Positions 1-9,587 of a DNA stretch of 32,000 nucleotides are shown one piece after another. Position numbers and translations under genes: made by a program. Location of the stretch: contig JAUWGH010000002.1 of NCBI GenBank assembly GCA_030606485.1, positions 300,001 through 332,000 of the forward strand. Reading direction: 5' to 3'. Numbering within the stretch: position 1 is the stretch's first letter; each line of letters opens with the position of its first letter. Under the pieces are notes generated by a model that was not told the origin of the DNA, ran no database searches, and saw only the letters and a program-made list of their open reading frames with translations. The DNA comes from Promethearchaeota archaeon (GTDB lineage: Archaea; Asgardarchaeota; Lokiarchaeia; Sigyniarchaeales; SOKP01).

Positions 1-2
1 AA

Positions 3-2336
3 GAAATAAAACTTTATCATTTTATCTTCTGGGCAAGTGATGGATACAATATAACTCGATATCCTCTGGGGGGTAATCTCACTATTGAAGTAAAGCCTTT
101 TTATGCTATTAATATCCCATATTACGAAAACTTTACGAGTATTACTCATAACTGGGCTGTAGAAGGTACTGGATGGAAAAGACTAGGACAAGAAAACTTC
201 GATCTTATGGGTCAGCCTTTTGATGATAGAAATAGGATATTTCCTTCTAATGATTTTAATCCTGATTGGTATTGTTTTTATTATGGTAATACTAGCACAC
301 CACTTACTCCTTATTCATATGAACCTTTAGAATTAAATGGAGATGGAATTAATAGTTCGTTAATAAGTCCAATAATAGATCTAACTGAAATAGATGAGAG
401 CTATGATCTAATAGCTAAATTTGGCCTTAGAGTTAGTATAAATGCATTAGATTTCATATACCTACAAATTAATATCAATTGTTCTATGAATTGGGTGACA
501 CTCAGAACCTACACAAATATGGAACGAGAATGGTTTATGGAAGAGATTGGTTTATCACCATACTTGAGTAATTATGTTCGTTTTAGATTTTATTCTGATC
601 TTAATGAACAGAGAGATTTACAGAATTATAAGGGATTTATGGTAGATTATGTAGCAATTGAAAATTACTCCAATTATTATGATCCTCAAATAATAACTCA
701 ATTTACCGAGATAGTATCTCCTGGAATTGATGAAGTCCAATATGAGTATGATATCTATACATTCTCAATTGATGTATATGATAATGATAATAATTATCCA
801 GCCTATGTGTATGTTGAAATAAATGATAATAACTATACGATGAATAACATTTACGGAGATTGGAACATCTCATCAAATATTTCAATAGAAGACACAGGTA
901 TTCGATTTGAAAAGGGATTATATATTGAAGACTTTGACGATTTGACATTTAGATTTCACGTATATGATGGGAATAATATTAATTCAACCGAATGGTATAA
1001 TACGGAAGAGAACCCCCTAATTGAATTTTCTAATCCAATACCTTATAATTACTCCTCGGATTTTGGGTACGAATTTAATGTTCAGTCTTTTGATGAGTTT
1101 TATATAACAGGCATTCCAGAACCGAGAGAATATACAATTTGGCTTTCAGCAGATGATACATGGCATTATATGAATTCCTCAATATATTGCGGAATTGGCC
1201 AAACGAATATAATAACTAGTGATAATGGATATGGAGAAAACTGGAATGCAAAATTAATAACTCACCCGCTGAATTTAGGAACAAAAAGTAAGAATTATAT
1301 TCAATTTTTTCAAAATATAACTTTAGAAAATGAGAACGCGACATTCTATGAGGGAAATGATTATGATCAATGCAATATTTCAATATCAACCGACTTCGGA
1401 GCAACTTGGCATGAATTAAATAAATATACCTATTTGAACAATAGTGAAGGTTATTATTATATTGATATCTCTAACTTCAATGGTGAGATTGTTATGGTTA
1501 AGTTTGAACTAGATTCAAATAATGAAACAAATCCATCCGGACTTGGATGGTTTATAAAAGATTTATTTATCGGTTATAGCGTCTTAATTGATTTTGTGAA
1601 TCCGATAAATGAAATTGTTGTAAATGGTGTTCAAATAATTAATATTTCTATATCTGAGAAGCATGGATATGATTTAACACAAATTAAATTATACATTAAT
1701 GATACATTAGTTAATGCTACCTATGAAAATGGAACATTGAATTTTGTTTGGGATACTTCATTATATTTAGATGGGGAATATATAATAGAAATTGTCGTAT
1801 ATGATAATTACGATAATAAGATAGATACTTCAATTGTTATAATAGTGGATAATATACCTATTTGGATTGATTGGCTTCCCTGGATAATTCTTATTGGTGT
1901 GTCGATAAGTTTATCAATAATTATAGGATTAATTACTGTTAAAAGAGGTAAAGTTTTGATTGATGGAATTAAAGCAAATCGCAGTGAAATAAAGAAAAGA
2001 ATTAGACTGTTTGATGAAGATAAAGAAAAAATCAGAAAAAGAGTTGATAGTTTGACTAAAGAAGAATTAAAAGAAAGACCTTATACATATTTCTGTAAGA
2101 ATTGTAAATCTTGGTTTGTCGATAATTCTGGTTTTAAATGGATGTGTCCAGCATGCAATACAGATCAATTATATCTTGCATATCAATGTCCTATTTGTAA
2201 AAATTGGTATTTTAAAGATGATCCAAGAGATTATAATTGTAAAAAATGTAAAATAAAAATGGTAAAGCTATCAATGGAAGAAATTAAAAAAGAATTAGTT
2301 TGGAAATCATTTGATGAATTAGGAGAAAAATCCTAA
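3..2336 (+). CDS. Large single-pass surface protein, 5'-truncated. It has repeated Ig/cadherin-like and MAM/jelly-roll-like extracellular modules, a Big-like Ig domain, one TM helix and a cytoplasmic double zinc ribbon
   Basis: The frame is open from position 3 (EIKLYHFIFWASDGYNITRYP...) into the ATG at 207, so the gene starts outside the window. Two similar beta modules (LISPIIDL...VRFRFYSD...GFMVDYVAI and LITHPLNL...VKFELDSN...GWFIKDLFI). Ig-like FVWDTSLYLDGEYIIEIVVYD. TM helix WLPWIILIGVSISLSIIIGLITV. Four CxxC pairs at the C-terminus. Confidence 0.75.
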   Translation, partial: EIKLYHFIFWASDGYNITRYPLGGNLTIEVKPFYAINIPYYENFTSITHNWAVEGTGWKRLGQENFDLMGQPFDDRNRIFPSNDFNPDWYCFYYGNTSTPLTPYSYEPLELNGDGINSSLISPIIDLTEIDESYDLIAKFGLRVSINALDFIYLQININCSMNWVTLRTYTNMEREWFMEEIGLSPYLSNYVRFRFYSDLNEQRDLQNYKGFMVDYVAIENYSNYYDPQIITQFTEIVSPGIDEVQYEYDIYTFSIDVYDNDNNYPAYVYVEINDNNYTMNNIYGDWNISSNISIEDTGIRFEKGLYIEDFDDLTFRFHVYDGNNINSTEWYNTEENPLIEFSNPIPYNYSSDFGYEFNVQSFDEFYITGIPEPREYTIWLSADDTWHYMNSSIYCGIGQTNIITSDNGYGENWNAKLITHPLNLGTKSKNYIQFFQNITLENENATFYEGNDYDQCNISISTDFGATWHELNKYTYLNNSEGYYYIDISNFNGEIVMVKFELDSNNETNPSGLGWFIKDLFIGYSVLIDFVNPINEIVVNGVQIINISISEKHGYDLTQIKLYINDTLVNATYENGTLNFVWDTSLYLDGEYIIEIVVYDNYDNKIDTSIVIIVDNIPIWIDWLPWIILIGVSISLSIIIGLITVKRGKVLIDGIKANRSEIKKRIRLFDEDKEKIRKRVDSLTKEELKERPYTYFCKNCKSWFVDNSGFKWMCPACNTDQLYLAYQCPICKNWYFKDDPRDYNCKKCKIKMVKLSMEEIKKELVWKSFDELGEKS

Positions 2337-2375
2337 CATTAATTATATCATAATTTAAAAAATTTATAATTTAAA

Positions 2376-5330
2376 ATGAAATTAAAAAAAAGATTAAAGA
2401 GAACATCTAACTTTCAATGGCTGAAACATTCCTGGGTGGATCTCAAACGAAACAAAGCTAAGACCCTATTCGGAGTCATGGGGATTTCAATCTCAATTGC
2501 TTTGTTAACTGGTATAGGAATGGTCAATGACACAATGAATTTTAATTATATGGATATGGTCACTAATCAAACAGGATCCGCCGATATCTGGATAATGAAG
2601 ACACTCAGCACTGACATGAGTTTTGATCTATATTTCAACCATAGTTATGTAGAAGATGTCCTAAAAGAAATAGAAGAAATTGAAGAAATGTTCCCTCGAT
2701 TGCAGATCTTACCTGTTGATGTGAATAATCTTGAGAACAATATTAGTGGAAGTATAATGCTTTATGGAATCGATTTTGAAAGAGAAAAGGATTCCAGGAT
2801 TATTGGAGATCTTATAATTTATGATGAAAATTTAACTGAGACTGATGAAATTTACGAAAATGTACCAGAAAAAGGACATTGTATAATATTAAAAGCAACA
2901 GCCGTTAAATTAAACGCGTCAAAAGGAGATACATTACATTTGGTTTATCAGAATAAAGAGATCGACTTAGTTATTGATGAAATTTGTGTCCAAGATTTAA
3001 AATTTAATGAATATGAAAATAATCAAATTATTATGGATATTGAACATGTTCAAGATTGGCTAAATCTGGGTGACCAAGCATCTATGGTTATGGTCTTGTT
3101 AAGAGATAGAGAATTTATTTATGATTCAAGTGATATTAAAGGTACAAAACTAACATTAAGAGATATTGGAGAAGAAATCCAAAAAATCCTTACAATTGAA
3201 GAGTATCAAGTTATGCTTCCAAAATTAGAAGAATTAGAAATGTCCGAATTTTCAATGATGGGACGGACAATTATGTTCTGGTTTGTGACTTTATTATCTA
3301 TGTTGATAACAGGTATCCTAATAAATGGTATATTATCAACTTCAGCAGAAGAAAGAATTAGAGAATTTGGGATAACACGAGTTTTGGGAGGAAAGAAAGT
3401 TTATTCAATTAAAATGGTTTTATTTGAAGGATTTTTATTAGGGACATTTGGAACTATAATTGGAATTATTGCAGGAGTATTTATTACACCTCCATTTGTC
3501 AATTCACTATTTGATTTTTTCATTAGACGATATGGTGAAAACTTTGAATATATTATCAGCCCTCAAACGATTATTTTGGCTATTATAATTGGAATTGTAG
3601 TATCTGTTGGTGTTGCATTAATACCTGCATTAAAAGTATCACGAATCAAATTAATAAAAGCTATAACTCCTTTTCAAACTAAAGAAGAAGGATGGGAAGT
3701 AGCTAAAGAAGGCTCCATGAATGTTAAAGGATTTTTAGTAGGAATCTCAATTGCGCTTATTGGTTTGTTAATTTTTATATTACTACCCCGAATATTTACT
3801 TCAATGGATATAATGTTAATAGCAATTTTTTTTATTGGACTATTAGCAGCGATTGTACTTGGATTGGTCTTTGCATCTCTGGCAATTATACCTTATATAC
3901 AAACATTTATGGTGTATATATTAAAGCCTTTTTTTCGAAAATATATGAATATAGTTAAAATATCTTTAAAAAGATACCAGAGAAGAAATTCTGGGACAAT
4001 TTTAATGTTTGCAATATCATTCTCATTCATATTTTTCATAACAACTTCTTCTGAAATTGAAAAACAAACTTGGTCTTTAAATTTTAAATTTCAATATGGA
4101 GCAGATTTAGTACTTGCTAATTATGGAACTTCAGAAGAAGGAAATGCTTTTACTATAGAGTCCGTAGAGGAGCTAAAGGAATTGCAAGGTGTGGAAGAGG
4201 TTGCACCGGTATTACACAATTCATTTGATCTTACTTCCTTCTTGTCTTTATTAGATTTTAGTTCTGAATCAGGATTAGACTTTAATCCAGAGCAAATTCA
4301 AACTGTTATGAGACAAGCGGCAACATTTAGTCAATATGGAGAGAGTAAATTTTCAATAACTATTTCTGATGTCGTAGATTTTGCTTCTGTCGATGTAAAA
4401 ATAGTTGGAGTTGACGAACGATATCTTAATCTAGTAGATCGAAATTTATTTATTTGGAAATCTGCAGGGAGTGGATTTGATGCATCATTTTCTGCAATTT
4501 TGGATAGAAATGATGCGATTATAATCTCTAAAGCAATAGCAGCAAAAATAGGTGTAAAAGAAGTTGGGCAAAAAGTAAGATTGACTGTTAGAGATCCAGA
4601 AAAGGGTGGAACTGGAAATCTCTCATTATTTGAAGTTGTTGGAATTTCTGGAGGAGTGCCGGGTTTTATTAATTTTAAATCTTCAGAAATGACGGCGGAA
4701 GATGGTGGGATTATGGTTTCTATGGATACATATATTGAACTTATGAATTGGCCTAATGGTGGAAAAGATATGATTGTTGATAAAATTTTTATTAATTTAG
4801 CTGATCCAAGTGAAGAAAATATTAGAGATACAAAACAATTGATAAACGATATGTATATGAATAATTTTTTTACTCTTGATGATGCTATTACTAAAATTAA
4901 ATTTGTTGAAGAGATGAATGAACAATTTTCTTCACTCTCAGAAATTCTTCTAACATTTACTGTCATTATTTGCATTTTTGGGTTAATCTCATCGATGTAT
5001 GCAACAATTCTTGAAAGAAATTTAGAAATTGGAATATTACGAGCACTCGGAATGAGAATAAAAGAAGTAAGAAATATGTTTCTATTGGAGAGCATGATTT
5101 TAATGATTTCGGCTGGTTTTATGGGGGTGTTAATTGGCAGCTATTCGGCTTACTTGATGGAGAGCAATTTATCCCTCATGACAGAATTACCAACAATATT
5201 TTCTATCCCAATAGATACAATAATTAGAGTATTTGGTATAAGTGTTATTATTGGGATAATAGGAATGTATTTAATATTATTAAGACTGAGCAGACAGACT
5301 TTAATGGATATCTTTAGACAGACCTTTTAG
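2376..5330 (+). CDS. ABC transporter permease, MacB/FtsX/LolE-like, with duplicated architecture
   Basis: N-terminal TM (KTLFGVMGISISIALLTGI) followed by an extracytoplasmic domain. Two FtsX-type signatures: EERIREFGITRVLGGKK and LERNLEIGILRALGMRIKEVRNMFLLE. Multiple TM helices. Confidence 0.9.
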   Translation: MKLKKRLKRTSNFQWLKHSWVDLKRNKAKTLFGVMGISISIALLTGIGMVNDTMNFNYMDMVTNQTGSADIWIMKTLSTDMSFDLYFNHSYVEDVLKEIEEIEEMFPRLQILPVDVNNLENNISGSIMLYGIDFEREKDSRIIGDLIIYDENLTETDEIYENVPEKGHCIILKATAVKLNASKGDTLHLVYQNKEIDLVIDEICVQDLKFNEYENNQIIMDIEHVQDWLNLGDQASMVMVLLRDREFIYDSSDIKGTKLTLRDIGEEIQKILTIEEYQVMLPKLEELEMSEFSMMGRTIMFWFVTLLSMLITGILINGILSTSAEERIREFGITRVLGGKKVYSIKMVLFEGFLLGTFGTIIGIIAGVFITPPFVNSLFDFFIRRYGENFEYIISPQTIILAIIIGIVVSVGVALIPALKVSRIKLIKAITPFQTKEEGWEVAKEGSMNVKGFLVGISIALIGLLIFILLPRIFTSMDIMLIAIFFIGLLAAIVLGLVFASLAIIPYIQTFMVYILKPFFRKYMNIVKISLKRYQRRNSGTILMFAISFSFIFFITTSSEIEKQTWSLNFKFQYGADLVLANYGTSEEGNAFTIESVEELKELQGVEEVAPVLHNSFDLTSFLSLLDFSSESGLDFNPEQIQTVMRQAATFSQYGESKFSITISDVVDFASVDVKIVGVDERYLNLVDRNLFIWKSAGSGFDASFSAILDRNDAIIISKAIAAKIGVKEVGQKVRLTVRDPEKGGTGNLSLFEVVGISGGVPGFINFKSSEMTAEDGGIMVSMDTYIELMNWPNGGKDMIVDKIFINLADPSEENIRDTKQLINDMYMNNFFTLDDAITKIKFVEEMNEQFSSLSEILLTFTVIICIFGLISSMYATILERNLEIGILRALGMRIKEVRNMFLLESMILMISAGFMGVLIGSYSAYLMESNLSLMTELPTIFSIPIDTIIRVFGISVIIGIIGMYLILLRLSRQTLMDIFRQTF

Positions 5331-5375
5331 ATGAAAAATTCAATAAATATGCAAAAATTTTTTCAAATTCTTTTT

Positions 5376-5978
5376 TTATAAATTTTGTTTAAGAAAATCC
5401 TCTAATTTGTTAAATGCTTGACTTCTATGAGATATTTTATTTTTTATTTCAATCGAAATCTCAGAAAAGGTTTTATCTGGAAACGTATCAGGTAAAAAAA
5501 TAGGATCAAAACCAAAACCATGGTTTCCCCTCATCTTTTTAGCAATTTTACCACTAACTTCACCTTTAAAAATTTTAATTTCATTAATTGGTTTGAAATA
5601 GAGTGCAATAACGCTCTCGAAATGCGCACAAGTTTTGGACTCTTCTCCAATTAACTTAAGAATCCCTTCATTTCCTATGGTTTTATGAACATACGCCGAA
5701 TAAACTCCCGGAAATCCATTTAAAGGCTCATCAACGAAAAATCCAGCATCTTCAACAAAACAAGATTCATTTAATTTATTCTTAACACTTTTAATTTTAA
5801 AGACAGCTACATCTCTTAAATTATCGGCTTGTATTTCAATCGGTTCGAGGTTAGAATGAAATAACTTATATTTTTGATTTAAATTAGATTTATTAAAAAT
5901 TTCTGAAACTTCATTAAATTTATGAATATTGCCGGTGATAAAATGAATGTATTTTTTTCCTCCTTTCATATTAGCCAA
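5376..5978 (-). CDS. rdgB: Non-canonical purine NTP pyrophosphatase (RdgB/HAM1 family)
   Basis: Motifs ITGNIHKFNE, EDAGFF, GFPGVYS, GFGFDPIF, KNKISHRSQA. Confidence 0.95.
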   Translation of the reverse strand: MANMKGGKKYIHFITGNIHKFNEVSEIFNKSNLNQKYKLFHSNLEPIEIQADNLRDVAVFKIKSVKNKLNESCFVEDAGFFVDEPLNGFPGVYSAYVHKTIGNEGILKLIGEESKTCAHFESVIALYFKPINEIKIFKGEVSGKIAKKMRGNHGFGFDPIFLPDTFPDKTFSEISIEIKNKISHRSQAFNKLEDFLKQNL

Positions 5979-6208
5979 CTTAAAATTTAATAGTTGAAAT
6001 AGAATTTATTTGTGTATAAATGTTTTTAATTAAATACTAATTAATTTTAATAGTTAAAAAAATAATTTTCGATTAATCTTTAGTTATTAGTAGTCAATGG
6101 GAAAAAAAAAAGTGTTTTAAATCTTGATTCCTATAAATAGAATCATTCAATGTAAATTCATAAACATATGAAAAATATACATTTTTAAATTTTAAAACTT
6201 GAACTTAA

Positions 6209-6799
6209 ATGTTTCATAATATTCCAGAAGTTGTAAAAAAGAGAATGAAATACTTAGAAGAAATAGATAGGAGAGATAGGCTTGATGGAACACCTAGAAT
6301 AAAAAGACTTCGTCAAATTCCTCATGAAACAGGGAAATTTATTTCAATTTTAGCAGCTTGTGCTCCAAAAGGGGAATTTTTAGAAATTGGAACAAGTGCG
6401 GGTTATTCTACACTGTGGATAGCGCTAGCATGTCAATTAAATGAAAATAAAATAACAACTTTTGAAATTTTAAAAGAAAAAGCTAAATTAGCTAGAGAAA
6501 CATTCCAAATAACTAATTTAGAGAAAATTATCGAACTAATAGAGGATGATGCTCGAAATTATTTAACTCGTTATACGAATATCTCATTTTGCTTTTTAGA
6601 TGCAGAGAAAGAAATTTACGGCGAATGTTACGAATTAATAATTCCAAATATGGTTAAAGGAGGGATATTTATTGCTGATAATGCAATTAATCATTATAAA
6701 ACGTTGAAACCTATGTTAGATAAAGCTATGGCAGATGATCGAGTAGATTCATTAATAGTGCCAATTGGAAAAGGTGAATTGGTGAGTAGAAAAATTTAA
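6209..6799 (+). CDS. SAM-dependent O-methyltransferase (caffeoyl-CoA OMT-like, class I)
   Basis: [16 protein letters not shown] motif [16 protein letters not shown]. Confidence 0.85.
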   Translation: MFHNIPEVVKKRMKYLEEIDRRDRLDGTPRIKRLRQIPHETGKFISILAACAPKGEFLEIGTSAGYSTLWIALACQLNENKITTFEILKEKAKLARETFQITNLEKIIELIEDDARNYLTRYTNISFCFLDAEKEIYGECYELIIPNMVKGGIFIADNAINHYKTLKPMLDKAMADDRVDSLIVPIGKGELVSRKI

Positions 6800-6813
6800 T
6801 TAGGAAAAAAAAG

Positions 6814-8118
6814 GTGTTTAAAATCACAGTAAATTTTGATTATATTGTTATTGGTGGAGGAATTGCAGGATTACACATTGGTGCTTTACTAAATCAGCAC
6901 GGAAAGGTAGTTGTTCTCGAAAAAACGAATGAAATTGGCGGTCGAGCAAAAGTTGTTGAAAAAGATGGATTTAAGCTAGATTTTGGAGCGCATCCCATAA
7001 GATTTGGACCTAAATCAGATCTTGGTGAATCTCTTGAAGAAATAGGAAAACCTATTGAATTCATTAAACCAGGAAAAGTATTGGCGTTCTTGGACGATGG
7101 TTCTATAACTACATATCCCTCGGGAGGTATTATAGCAGTTCTAAAAAGTAAATTGGTTCCTTTTTTCAAGACTTTAAAATTAATGATAATGATAAAAAAA
7201 ATGGCTGAGCAAGAGTTTATAGCTCTTTATGATATGTCTTTAGAAGAATGGTTTAATATGGAGAACATTATACCTAAAATTCGAGAATTTTTAACCATGG
7301 CAAGCGCCACTCTCCAAGTAAATCCCTTTATAGAACGATCATCAGCCGGGGAAACTCTACAAAATATTAGAAAAGTTCTCGATATTGGAAGTGTATATTA
7401 CCCAAGAGGTGGATGGAATGAAATCTTTTCAAGATTTTCTGAAAAAATTAAAGAGAATGGAGAGATCAGATTAAAAAGCGAAATAGCGGAAATTATAGTT
7501 AAAGAGGGCAAAGCAATAGGAGTTAAAATTGGAGCTGAAATAATTAAAGGTAAAAAAATCATTTCTACAATTCCTGTCCAGCAACTTTTTACTATATTGG
7601 ATGAAAATCTATGCGATAAAGATTATATTAATAAATGCAAAAATCTAAGGCCAACAGCAGGAGTTTCCATTGATTTTTGTTTATCTAAACCAATTAGTGA
7701 TATTGATGGAGGTATTATGCTCGAGAACCCGCTGGGTTTTGGTTTTATTCCATCTAATATTTCACCAGAAGTTGCTCCGGAAGGAAAATCTTTAATGACT
7801 TTTTTTACAATAACTAATGTTGAGGATATTAAAGATAAAAATAAATCTAATGAAATTTATCAACATCTCAGGAGTGCAATCTTAAGATTCTTCCCGGAGA
7901 TTGAAAATAACCTGGAATTTGAAAGACCGTTATTTCATGATATGATTGATGGAGTTGAGGTTAATATAGAACAACATCGATTAAAGAGACCGGGAAATGA
8001 AATTAAAGAAATCTCCAATTTATTTATTACTGGAGATTCTGTAGGAGGTGAAGGCGCTGGGGGCGATATCGGACATACTAGCGTTCGAAACTGCTATGAA
8101 ATAATTATTGGAAAATAA
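6814..8118 (+). CDS. FAD-dependent oxidoreductase, phytoene desaturase/amine oxidase superfamily
   Basis: GTG start. IVIGGGIAG dinucleotide-binding motif, VLEKTNEIGGRA, DFGAH, C-terminal LFITGD. Confidence 0.85.
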   Translation: MFKITVNFDYIVIGGGIAGLHIGALLNQHGKVVVLEKTNEIGGRAKVVEKDGFKLDFGAHPIRFGPKSDLGESLEEIGKPIEFIKPGKVLAFLDDGSITTYPSGGIIAVLKSKLVPFFKTLKLMIMIKKMAEQEFIALYDMSLEEWFNMENIIPKIREFLTMASATLQVNPFIERSSAGETLQNIRKVLDIGSVYYPRGGWNEIFSRFSEKIKENGEIRLKSEIAEIIVKEGKAIGVKIGAEIIKGKKIISTIPVQQLFTILDENLCDKDYINKCKNLRPTAGVSIDFCLSKPISDIDGGIMLENPLGFGFIPSNISPEVAPEGKSLMTFFTITNVEDIKDKNKSNEIYQHLRSAILRFFPEIENNLEFERPLFHDMIDGVEVNIEQHRLKRPGNEIKEISNLFITGDSVGGEGAGGDIGHTSVRNCYEIIIGK

Positions 8119-8284
8119 TTGCTTAAATAAGTTATGACTTGGCTTAAAATAAATTCCGTTTGAGATAAATATTTTAATAAATCCAAAATTTTATTTATTT
8201 TATTTCTTTATACTTTTTAAATTATATCTGAACAAGCGTTAATCATATAATTTAAATTAAGAGAGTTGGTTTAGCATCGCACGA

Positions 8285-8731
8285 ATGCACAGCAGAAAAA
8301 AAGGAAAAAGTGGCTCGACGAGACCGGCAAGGTTGGAAAAACCTAGTTGGTTAACAATATCAGCTGAACAAATAGAAGATTTAGTCGTAAAACTTTCACG
8401 AAAAGGAAATTCTAAGAGTATGATTGGTACGATTTTAAGAGACGGTTTTGGAGTCCCACTTGTTAAAATTGTTACTGGAAAAAAAATTAATCAGATTCTG
8501 GAGGAAGCCAAAATCGAGGAAGATTTACCAGAAGATTTACGAAATTTGGCCAAAAAAGCTGTAAATTTACGGAAACATTTAGAAACAAATAAAAAGGATT
8601 TAGATTCTAGGAAAGGATTGCAAAGAACGGAATCTAAAATTTACAGATTAATTAAGTATTATAAAAAGAAAGGAGTATTAGAAAAAGACTTCAAATATTC
8701 TCCCGAAGATATTAAAACATTATTAATATAA
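8285..8731 (+). CDS. rps15: 30S ribosomal protein uS15 (archaeal S15 / eukaryotic S13 type); true start is possibly the ATC at 8276
   Basis: MHSRKKGKSGSTRP, MIGTILRDGFGVPLVK, LPEDLRNL, HLETNKKDLDSRKGLQRTESKIYRLIKYYK. Confidence 0.97.
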   Translation: MHSRKKGKSGSTRPARLEKPSWLTISAEQIEDLVVKLSRKGNSKSMIGTILRDGFGVPLVKIVTGKKINQILEEAKIEEDLPEDLRNLAKKAVNLRKHLETNKKDLDSRKGLQRTESKIYRLIKYYKKKGVLEKDFKYSPEDIKTLLI

Positions 8732-8750
8732 TCATCAAAAAGGCGTAATT

Positions 8751-9581
8751 ATGAGTTCAAAAGGAAAAAGAGAAAGGAAAAAGGCCGATACTTGGAAAGA
8801 AAAAATTTGGTACGATGTTTATGCTCCTAAATCTTTTAAAAATCAATATATAGGTAAAATTGTAGGAAAAAATCCAGATTTTATTTTAAATCGAACAATA
8901 GAGACGTTATTATATGATTTTACGGGAGATTTTCATGATATTACTACTATCTTGCGCTTTAGAGTTATAAAAGTTGAGGGAAATAGATGTGAAACATATC
9001 TTGTAGGGCATCAATTGACAAAAGATTTCATTCGTTCATTAATTAGAAAAGGAGTTTCAAAGGTTCAAATGATAAATAATTATAAAACAGTAGATAATTA
9101 CATTTACCGTATTACTAGCGTTTGTACAACAATTAAAAAGGCTAGATCCAGTCAGATTATTACAATTCGAAAGATTACTGATGATATTTTGAATACTTTT
9201 GCTAGAGATCTAAAACATGAAAAATTTATTCGTGGTATGATATATGGAGAATTTTCAAACCAAATTAAAAGGGTTGCAAAAACGATATATCCGCTTTTCG
9301 AAGCAATAATAATTAAATCAAAACTGCTCTCCTCACCTAGTTTGGAGGATCAAGAAGCACCTCCAAAAGAAGAAGATTTTGAAATTGTTGAACCTCAAAT
9401 TAGGAGGACAGTAAAATCTCAAATTGCACGAGCTAAAAGAGTTAATGTCCAGAAGTTGACATATAAGAGGCAAAGAGCGGAAAAAAAGAAGGCTCAAATT
9501 GAAGAGAAAAAAGAACAAGAAGTATCTGATGAAAAGATTGAAGAGAAAGTCAATAAAGAAATAGTTGAAGTTGAAAAATAA
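8751..9581 (+). CDS. rps3ae: 30S ribosomal protein eS1 (S3Ae) with a long charged C-terminal extension
   Basis: DTWKEKIWYDVYAP, RTIETLLYDFTGD, GHQLTKDFIRSLIRK, KTIYPL. It lies 19 bp downstream of rps15. Confidence 0.95.
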   Translation: MSSKGKRERKKADTWKEKIWYDVYAPKSFKNQYIGKIVGKNPDFILNRTIETLLYDFTGDFHDITTILRFRVIKVEGNRCETYLVGHQLTKDFIRSLIRKGVSKVQMINNYKTVDNYIYRITSVCTTIKKARSSQIITIRKITDDILNTFARDLKHEKFIRGMIYGEFSNQIKRVAKTIYPLFEAIIIKSKLLSSPSLEDQEAPPKEEDFEIVEPQIRRTVKSQIARAKRVNVQKLTYKRQRAEKKKAQIEEKKEQEVSDEKIEEKVNKEIVEVEK

Positions 9582-9587
9582 ACTAAC

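Noticed and set aside
4331-5095. 254-aa antisense ORF
   Set aside because: It lies wholly opposite the ABC permease and has no recognisable motifs; it is a shadow ORF.
2376-5330. Calling the permease an orphan without an ATPase
   Set aside because: The operon is truncated by the left window edge, so the ATPase may be upstream.
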